The notes beneath the pieces are model-generated. The model made no database searches. It worked only from the letters and a program-made list of their open reading frames with translations, and was not told where the DNA came from. DNA of 64,000 bases from Opitutia bacterium (lineage in GTDB: Bacteria > Verrucomicrobiota > Verrucomicrobiia > Opitutales > Opitutaceae). The stretch is taken from contig JACRHT010000003.1 in assembly GCA_016217545.1 (NCBI GenBank), forward strand, positions 233,501 to 297,500, given 5' to 3'. Positions within the stretch are counted from its first letter, which is position 1; every line of letters starts with the position of its first letter. Both the position numbers and the translations under genes were made by a program. Shown here in pieces: positions 58,401 to 64,000 of this stretch.

Positions 58401-61400
58401 GTGCGCGTGACGCTACCGGCGGTGTTGGTGGCAGTGAGCGTGTAGGTCGTGGTTGCCGCCGGTGAGACATTGCGCGAGGTGCCGGTGACGGCGCCGATGT
58501 CGGGCGAAATCGTCACGCTGTCGGCGCCGGTGACGGTCCACGCCAGCGTGGCCGTGCCACCGGGCTGGATGGTGCTCGGCGTGGCGGTGAAGGAGCCGAT
58601 CGTCGGGGCCGGCGCGGTGGCGGCGGAGACGGTGATCGTCGCTTGGGCCGACGCGGTGGCGTCAGCGGCGGAGACGGCCTTCACGTGATAGGTGCCGGCG
58701 ACGGCGGGCGCGGTGTAGACACCGGAGCTCGTGATCGAGCCGCCGGCGTTTTCCACGACGCTCCAAGTGACGGATTGGTTCGTGCTGCCGAAGACGGTCG
58801 CGGCGAAGGTCGCGGTGGCGCCGGTGCTAAGGGATTTCGTGGTCGGCGAAACCGAGACGGTGACGCTGGTCGGCGCGCCGCCATCGGGGAGGCCGAACTG
58901 GTCGGCGGCGTTGGCCGCACCGACGCCGACGGCGCCGATGTCGTTGCCTGCGCCGCTCGTCGGATCGCCAGCGTCAATGAGCGGGCTGCCGGCGGTCGGC
59001 GTGTAGTAGTTGCGGTAGGTCGCGAGGATTTGCTGGAGCGTGAGGGTGCGGTTCCAGACGAGGCCGCGATCGATCGAGCTGTAGCTCGGCGGCGTGGGCG
59101 TCGCGAAGAGCGGATCGACCTGGGCGTTGACGTCGCCGACGTCCTGCGCCGGGTGGCGGCTGTCGTCGTAGTTGCGGAGCGAGGATACGCCGGGGTTGTA
59201 GAACAGGTTGTAGTTCGCGTTGACGGTCGCGGTCGGCTTGATGCTGACGATCGGGTTGCCGTGGAAGCGGTAGAAGACGTTCGACGCGATGGCGCTGGTC
59301 GCGCCGTCCTCGGCGAGGAGCGGGATCTGGTTCTGGCTCACGCCGAAGCCGTCGAGCGTGTTGTTGGTGAACTGCACGCCTTGCGGAGCGTAGACGATGA
59401 ACACGCCCGCGCGGCTGTTGAAGCCTTCGGCGAAGACGTTGTGGTGGACCTGCGCGTTGCTCTGGCTGATCCAGAGCCAATCTTCGTCGGCGTTCAGCAC
59501 GAGGTTGTAGCGGAAGATGCCGCCGGTGCCGCGCACGGGCCAGGAGCCGCCGCTGACGAGGTTGTGTTCGACGACGAGGTCGGCGCCGCTGTTCATCTCG
59601 AAGTTATTGCCCTGGCTCCAACCGCCAAAGTAGAGCTGCTCGGAGAGGTTGCGGCGGACTTGGATGCCGCTGCCGCCTTCGAGGGAAATACCGACGCGCG
59701 GTCCGATGAGGACGTTGGTGTCGGCGTCGGTCGAACCGCCGATGAGCCAGTTGCGGGCGTTCTTCACCTCGATGGTGGAGAGGCCGACGTTGTTGCCTTG
59801 GAAGAAGTGTTGCGCAGTCGAGCTGCCGAGGAGGCGGATGACGGGGTTCGTCGCGTCGGGACCGTTCGTGAGGTTGATCGGGAACTGAGCGACGTTCATA
59901 TACATGTTCGAGCGGAAGTCGTTCGCACGGAGGACGGCGGTGGCGGAGCCGTTGGCCGTGAGGTCGAGCGAGTTGGTCGCATCGAAGACGCAGTTCTCGA
60001 TGTCGATGGCGGAGGTCGTGGTGACCTTGATGCCGGGCGTCGGATCGAGGAGCACGCCGAGGTTGGTGACGTCGACGTTCTTCAGCGTGAGGCGGCCGGT
60101 CCACGAATCGCTCGAGCTGATGGTGAAGCCATTGCCGTTGAGGCGAACGCGAGCGGACGGCGAGCCGACGAGCTCGTAGTTGGCCGCGCCGGTGAGCACG
60201 ACGTTTTCGGTGAGATTGATCACCTGCGCGTAAGCCGGCGGCTCGGCGACGGTGATGGACACGACGGCGCTGTCGAAGACCTTGCCGTCGATGAAGTGGC
60301 CGCGCGCCCAGACGCGGTGTTCGCCGGCGGGGAGGCCGGAGAGGTTGGTCTTGTAAACCCAGAACTCAGACTGGGAGCCGGGGATCGTGGCTTGGACGAC
60401 GTCGTCCACCATGATCTCGACGGACGCGGCGCGGTGGCGGTCGGGCCAGTTATTGATGTCCTCCGCGGATACGAAGACGCGGATCGAGCCGGGCGCGAGG
60501 AACTGTTGGCCGGCGTTCGGGCTCATGAGACGGACGGAGTGCGAGCCGTCGCCCGGGGGATTGACCGGCGGCGTGACGACCGGGGCCTTGACCGTGACGG
60601 TGGCTTCGGCGGTGGCGTTCGAATCGGCGAGGGCAACCGCGCGGACGTGATAGGTGCCCGCAATCGCCGGAGCGATGTAGAGGCCGGCGCTGTTGATCGA
60701 GCCGCCGCCCGTTTCCACGACGCTCCACAGCACGACTTGGTTCTGGCTGCCGGTCACGGAGGCGCTGAAAGCCTGCGTGGCGCTGGTGTTGAGTTGGACG
60801 GCCGCGGGATTGATCTGCACGGTCACCGGAACGGGATCGGTGACGGTGACGACGACATCCTTCGTGACGCTGCCGCCCGTGTTGGTCGCCGTGATCGTGT
60901 AGGTGGTCGTCGCCGTGGGGCTGGCGGGCACGGACGTGCCGGTGACCGCGCCGATGCCGGGCGAAACCGAGAGCGTGTCGGCGCCGGTGACGTTCCAAGT
61001 CAGCGTGGTGGAGGAGCCGCGAACGATCGTGGCCGGATCGGCGGTGAAAGAGGTGATCGCCGGCGCGGGCGTCGCGGGCTTGACGGTGAGCTGGGTGTTG
61101 CTGTGCGAAACGACGCCGCCGGGGCTCGTCGCCGTCATGGTGTAGTTGGTCGTGACGGCGGGAGAGACGTCGATCGAGCCGGTGTTACCGGTGAGGGGGC
61201 CGGGGCTCTGGCCGACATCGGCCACGACGGAGATCGTGGCGGCGCCGCTGACATCCCAGATGAGGTGCGCGGTTTCGCCGACGGTGATGGAGTTGGGCGC
61301 GACGGCGAAGGAGCGGATCACCGGGGCCGGATCTCGCACGGTGATTTTCACGCTCGCGGTGACGGAGCTCGTCTCGTTCGTGGCGGTGAGGAGGTAGTTG

Positions 61401-63346
61401 GTCGTCGCCGACGGATGGACGTCGAAGGAGTTGCCAGTGACGACGCCGGGGGCGTTGCCGACGTCGGTGGCGATGGTGACGGTGGTCGCGCCGTTGGTGA
61501 CCCACGAGAGAGTGGCGGTGCCACCTTGGTCGATCGTGGCGGGCTCAACAGCGAAGGAGCTGATGGTCGGCGCGGGCGGCTTCACGGCGACGGAGACAGT
61601 GCGCGTGACGGCGCCGGCGGCGTTGGTCGCGGTGAGCGTGTAGACGGTGTTCTGCGTCGGCGAGACGGAGCGGCTGTTGCCCGTGACGACGCCGGGGCTC
61701 GCGCCGACATCGGCGGCGATGGCGACTTCGCTGGCGCCGTCGACGGCCCAAGCGAGCGTCGTGGAACCGCCGGTGACGATGACCGTCGGCTCCGCGGTGA
61801 AGGAACCGACGACCGGAGCGCTCACGTTGACGGTGACGCTCTTGCTGTCCTGGCCGCCGGCATTGGCGGCCGTCAGCGTGTAGGTGGTCGTGGCTTGCGG
61901 CGAAACGCTGCGCGTGTCGCCCGACACGGCGCCGATGTCCGGCGCGAGCGTCAGCGTGGCGCTGCCGTTGACCGACCAGCTCAGCTGGCTGCTCTGGCCG
62001 GGGAAAATCGTGACCGGGGCGGCGGCGAAGCTCGCGATCGTGGGCGCCGGCGGATTGACGGTGACCGAGGCTGTGCGCGTGACGACGCCGGACTCGTTGC
62101 GAGCGGTGAGGGTGTAGGTGGTCGATTGCGCCGGGGTCACCGGGACGCTGTTGCCCGTGACGACGCCGGGGCTCGCGCCGACGTTGGCGGCGACGGAGAT
62201 TTCAGCGGCGCCGTCGACGGCCCAGACGAGCGTGGTCGACTGACCTTCGGTGATGGTGGCGGGTTGCGCGGCGAACGAGTTGATCGTGGGCGGCGGCACC
62301 GGCTGCGAAACGGCGAGCGAAACGGTTTTGGTAACGGAGCCGCCGGTATTCGTGGCGGTGAGCGTATAGACGGTGCTGGCGGTCGGGCTCACCGGGACGC
62401 TGGAGCCGGTGACGGCACCGACGCCGGGGGAGATGGAAAGCGAAGCGGCGCCGGAAACCGACCAGGCGAGCGTGCTGCTTTGGCCGGCCACGATGGCGGG
62501 CGGAGTCGCGGTGAAGCTATCGATCGTCGGCGGAGCGACGGTGACGGTGACCGTGGTCTTCTTGGTGACGCTGCCGTTGAGATTCTTGGCGGTGAGCGTG
62601 TAGGTGGTCGTGGCGGCCGGGGTGACCGTGGCGGTCGTGCCGGTCACCGTGCCGAGATTCGGAGAGATCGAAACGGAATCGGCGCCGCTGACGGACCAGT
62701 TCAACGTGGTGCTTTGGCCGGCAAAGATGGTCGCGGGAGCGGCGGCGAAGGACGAGATGGTGGGCTTGGGACCGGGAGGAACGACGACGACGGGAATCGA
62801 GCGCGCACCGGTGCCAGCGGTGTTGACCGCGGTGACGGTGTAAGTGGTGCTGGCCTGCGGATAGACCTTGGTGCTGGTGCCGAAAACGTTGCCGAGGTTC
62901 GCGCCGGAGTCGGTGGTGACGGTGTAGTAGTTGGCTCCGGTGCCCGTCCAAGCGAGCGTCACGGCGGTGCCGGGAAGAACGGGCGAGGGCTTCGCCGTGA
63001 GCGTGTTGACGGTCGGCGGGACGATGACAGTGATCTTCTTGGTCTTGGAAACGCTGCCGGACGCATTCGTCGCGGTCAGCGTATACGTGGTGGTCGCGCT
63101 CGGCGTCACCGTGGCCTCGGAGCCCGTGATCGGGCCCACATCCGGCGAGATCGAGACCTGGGCGCCGTTCGAGACGGACCAATTCAGCGAGACACTCTCG
63201 CCGAGATTGATCGTGGTGCTACCGGATTGGTTGAACGAGTAAATCACCGGCCGGGCCGCATGGGCGGCGGGCACGCCGAAAAGCGCAGTCGCGACGGCGA
63301 GCAACGCGACAGGCAGGAAAGTTCGCAGGAGGGAGATCGGATTCAT
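55412..63346 (-). CDS. Giant secreted multi-domain protein: 14 Ig-like repeats, 2 Big_2-like domains, a right-handed beta-helix and a C-terminal heparinase II/III-like (polysaccharide lyase-like) region
   Basis: 2644 aa. Signal peptide aa 1-30. Ten ~72-90-aa repeats (P.I.SF.A.P..I..G.S..L.W.V.GA...SI.P.IG.VTG....V.P..TT.YTLTA.N) at aa ~31-838. Big_2-like domains (VTWSVVE..GGSI...G.Y.AP..AGTYHV.AV) at aa ~840-920 and ~1493-1574. Beta-helix-like N/G-rich repeats at aa ~1040-1470. Four more Ig-like repeats at aa ~1578-1903. From HPRIWVTPASLAALVARAQ... to ...EEHFDQGGLAIQRGGVQFVVNAWG it resembles heparinase II/III and alginate-lyase-fold enzymes. Confidence 0.85.
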   Translation of the reverse strand: MNPISLLRTFLPVALLAVATALFGVPAAHAARPVIYSFNQSGSTTINLGESVSLNWSVSNGAQVSISPDVGPITGSEATVTPSATTTYTLTATNASGSVSKTKKITVIVPPTVNTLTAKPSPVLPGTAVTLAWTGTGANYYTVTTDSGANLGNVFGTSTKVYPQASTTYTVTAVNTAGTGARSIPVVVVPPGPKPTISSFAAAPATIFAGQSTTLNWSVSGADSVSISPNLGTVTGTTATVTPAATTTYTLTAKNLNGSVTKKTTVTVTVAPPTIDSFTATPPAIVAGQSSTLAWSVSGAASLSISPGVGAVTGSSVPVSPTASTVYTLTATNTGGSVTKTVSLAVSQPVPPPTINSFAAQPATITEGQSTTLVWAVDGAAEISVAANVGASPGVVTGNSVPVTPAQSTTYTLTARNESGVVTRTASVTVNPPAPTIASFAAAPVTIFPGQSSQLSWSVNGSATLTLAPDIGAVSGDTRSVSPQATTTYTLTAANAGGQDSKSVTVNVSAPVVGSFTAEPTVIVTGGSTTLAWAVDGASEVAIAADVGASPGVVTGNSRSVSPTQNTVYTLTATNAAGAVTRTVSVAVKPPAPTISSFAVEPATIDQGGTATLSWVTNGATTVTIATDVGNAPGVVTGNSFDVHPSATTNYLLTATNETSSVTASVKITVRDPAPVIRSFAVAPNSITVGETAHLIWDVSGAATISVVADVGQSPGPLTGNTGSIDVSPAVTTNYTMTATSPGGVVSHSNTQLTVKPATPAPAITSFTADPATIVRGSSTTLTWNVTGADTLSVSPGIGAVTGTSVPASPTATTTYTITATNTGGSVTKDVVVTVTDPVPVTVQINPAAVQLNTSATQAFSASVTGSQNQVVLWSVVETGGGSINSAGLYIAPAIAGTYHVRAVALADSNATAEATVTVKAPVVTPPVNPPGDGSHSVRLMSPNAGQQFLAPGSIRVFVSAEDINNWPDRHRAASVEIMVDDVVQATIPGSQSEFWVYKTNLSGLPAGEHRVWARGHFIDGKVFDSAVVSITVAEPPAYAQVINLTENVVLTGAANYELVGSPSARVRLNGNGFTISSSDSWTGRLTLKNVDVTNLGVLLDPTPGIKVTTTSAIDIENCVFDATNSLDLTANGSATAVLRANDFRSNMYMNVAQFPINLTNGPDATNPVIRLLGSSTAQHFFQGNNVGLSTIEVKNARNWLIGGSTDADTNVLIGPRVGISLEGGSGIQVRRNLSEQLYFGGWSQGNNFEMNSGADLVVEHNLVSGGSWPVRGTGGIFRYNLVLNADEDWLWISQSNAQVHHNVFAEGFNSRAGVFIVYAPQGVQFTNNTLDGFGVSQNQIPLLAEDGATSAIASNVFYRFHGNPIVSIKPTATVNANYNLFYNPGVSSLRNYDDSRHPAQDVGDVNAQVDPLFATPTPPSYSSIDRGLVWNRTLTLQQILATYRNYYTPTAGSPLIDAGDPTSGAGNDIGAVGVGAANAADQFGLPDGGAPTSVTVSVSPTTKSLSTGATATFAATVFGSTNQSVTWSVVENAGGSITSSGVYTAPAVAGTYHVKAVSAADATASAQATITVSAATAPAPTIGSFTATPSTIQPGGTATLAWTVTGADSVTISPDIGAVTGTSRNVSPAATTTYTLTATNTAGSVTRTATVTVSTSTGPSIDTFTASSDSIEAGEAVTLAWTTTKMGSLWMSADAGGDPGSVPANGTLVVRPQTTTRYSVSGWNGETNTTIFKSLTVRVGPPPTPTISSFAASPETIAIGSSTTLNWSVANADKVTIAADVGASPGIVTGNSYTVTPATTTTYTITASLGSSSATATTTVTVTGPTAPVIGSFYAQPAFIQAGANSTLKWSVSGADRISISPDIGEVTGNSYTVSPSATTTYTLSATNEIGTSTRSTVVTIYVPGTGNVSHPRIWVTPASLAALVARAQANDPAWIRLRNACDTYVTWRVAYPDEPNASDTICGGYQYYDYMQPSFELALGYMVAKTVDPVRAARYAAKEREVLLALSDPIHHGRSLIDSGWAIRAYVPALAIGYDWIFETLTDSDRAQIYTEINRWIADYESGGFGRSFPQGNYFAGYYSAKALGALATEGENPQGPAMWNDWLTRVHFNFVQPFHQQWLSGGSAPDGWGYGKGETLAMLRPLAAAFTAKGLDLIHDAEHPHGYPDGNVKWVTQFTWPDMKTVSDRGLIYDGDNFTSTDATWATEYTGLLRLSNGDNTPMAQRYTLDLRSQQGVNSIQPWADFLFFDNTAPTAAYRTALSYATPGAGEVAMRSSWASDAVWASFQAGPYTGYDQSAEEHFDQGGLAIQRGGVQFVVNAWGALLRNTPGTSDGAGSVFTNIYNEVYDRSPVDGVPGARRIFNTYYAARTGGYYGQGASGPGETATTLSRFEEGTDYVLMRGANLEGMYFSDHPIDLWTRTVVYLRPQLFVVHDRTAVNNAATDNWMAWHVAAAPTEQTAAAGTHRFDVLDTRAAFGGNLFRGRVTTVLPAGHVVNTVDLFNYHKVYRLEVRPGTPAATNTWLTVLDASASAAQAGNVTALTAAAGNLSTAAAEGTIIHNAAGNYAVLFSKSAAPIAGSFTLTVPTEDTYVLVADLAPSTGYTVTAAVANGSTVITIAPGGSVMTTGQGTLKVDVTAAGVVTGL
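60833..63256 (-). repeat. Coding tandem repeat array (10 Ig-like units, period ~216-270 nt)
   Basis: Repeat starts at aa 34, 112, 195, 273, 363, 435, 511, 593, 675 and 763. The periodicity is also visible at DNA level as recurring antisense ORFs starting MVVA.GET... at 60903, 61146, 61398, 61647, 61884, 62373 and 62604. Confidence 0.85.
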
Positions 63347-63400
63347 GTTTGGCTAAACGGACCTAACGGAATCCTCCCCGCAAACGGGCCAGTCGCTTGC

Positions 63401-63429
63401 ATTTTACGAACGCCTTACAGGCTGACCAA
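63401..63429 (-). promoter_or_regulatory. Candidate sigma70-type promoter of the giant gene
   Basis: The minus strand reads TTGGTC, a 17-nt spacer, then TAAAAT. The -10 element ends about 55 nt upstream of the ATG at 63346. Confidence 0.35.
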
Positions 63430-63488
63430 TCGGCTAAGGCGCAACGGCGCGCGGCGCCCGCGCATCATCGTAGCCCGTAGTAGATCGA

Positions 63489-64000
63489 TTAACGTGCTCG
63501 GAGTTGCTCGCGGGCCAGCGCGGCATTGCGCGCATAGTCGGCGTTGTCCGGCGCGAGCCGGACGGCGGCCTCGAACTCGGCCAACGCCTCCCCCACCCGG
63601 CCGACGCGAGCGAGCGTCACGCCGCAGGCATTGCGGAGTCCCGCATGGTCGGGGCGCAGGTGCACGGCCTCGCGGATTTGCGCCAGAGCGGCGTCGTGAC
63701 GGTCGAGCGCGGCGAGCACAGCGCTAAAATTGGCGCGGGCCTCGGCGTCAGCCGGCGTGAGCGCGAGCAGACGCTCGTAACGCGCGGCCGCCTCGGTGAA
63801 GCGGCCCGCCTGCGCGAGCGTGTTGGCGAGATTGTAGAGTGCACCGGCGAAATCAGGCCGCGCGCGCAACGCCGCCTCGAAGCGCGCGATGGCCTCGTCG
63901 ACGCGGCCCTCCGCGAGGAGCGCGTTGCCGAGATTCGAAAGCGTGGTCGCGTCACCCGGACGCGCGACGAGTGCGCGCTCGAACAACGCGCGCGCCGCCG
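63489..64000 (-). CDS. TPR repeat protein (partial, N-terminus beyond the window end)
   Basis: Consecutive 34-aa TPR units (NLGNALLAEGRVDEAIARFEAALRARPDFAGALYNLANTLAQAGRFTEAAARYERLLALTP...). The frame stays open to the window edge. Confidence 0.75.
   Translation of the reverse strand, partial: AARALFERALVARPGDATTLSNLGNALLAEGRVDEAIARFEAALRARPDFAGALYNLANTLAQAGRFTEAAARYERLLALTPADAEARANFSAVLAALDRHDAALAQIREAVHLRPDHAGLRNACGVTLARVGRVGEALAEFEAAVRLAPDNADYARNAALAREQLRAR

Noticed and set aside
60833-63256. Regularly spaced ~240-nt repeats considered as a possible CRISPR or satellite array
   Set aside because: There is no short repeat and spacer organisation. The units are in-frame protein repeats (Ig-like domains) within one ORF.
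58643-63727. 1694-aa plus-strand ORF, plus many 60-100-aa ORFs, antisense to the giant gene
   Set aside because: Gly/Arg/Asp-rich repeats that merely mirror the coding tandem repeats on the minus strand.

Overview
Visibly GC-rich bacterial chromosomal segment. Gene content (a TIGR02999-type ECF sigma plus Ser/Thr kinase pair, a giant Ig-repeat surface enzyme, TonB-dependent receptors) suggests a Verrucomicrobia/Opitutaceae-like or related lineage; this is inference only. I can support about 40 protein genes, mostly ordinary transport, regulation and housekeeping. In window order: a TPP-riboswitch-controlled TonB-dependent receptor (partial), a MarR + RND efflux (MFP/RND/TolC) operon, OMPLA, LysR, gamma-glutamyltransferase, DctA, a second TonB receptor preceded by two alpha/beta hydrolases, a LuxR response regulator with a TPR histidine kinase, SIMPL, lysine 2,3-aminomutase, kdpABCDE, a DUF3160-like gene that looks lower in GC, carA, a DUF892 stress cluster, kdsB, ptsH, tatD, DUF4097, dienelactone hydrolase, a hybrid kinase, a CBS protein, hrpA, thymidine phosphorylase, a Ser/Thr kinase + ECF sigma pair, a 2644-aa secreted multi-domain protein (Ig-like repeats + beta-helix + heparinase II/III-like domain) and a partial TPR gene. 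I saw no rRNA, tRNA, CRISPR array, transposase, integrase or recognisable defence or toxin-antitoxin genes, and no clear novel multi-gene system. The most interesting signals are non-coding. (1) A ~70-85 bp palindromic element family (GGTAGGG...CCCTACC termini, two hairpin arms) occurs once intergenically and apparently in-frame inside tatD, hrpA (twice) and a TonB receptor. (2) A tandemly duplicated module upstream of the TPR kinase has an ECF-promoter-like conservation pattern followed by a conserved 30-mer and a terminator hairpin, suggesting candidate sRNAs. (3) AT-rich perfect palindromes sit in the unusually long kdpA-kdpB and kdpB-kdpC spacers. Many long ORFs in the supplied track are antisense or out-of-frame artefacts of the GC-rich composition and were rejected.
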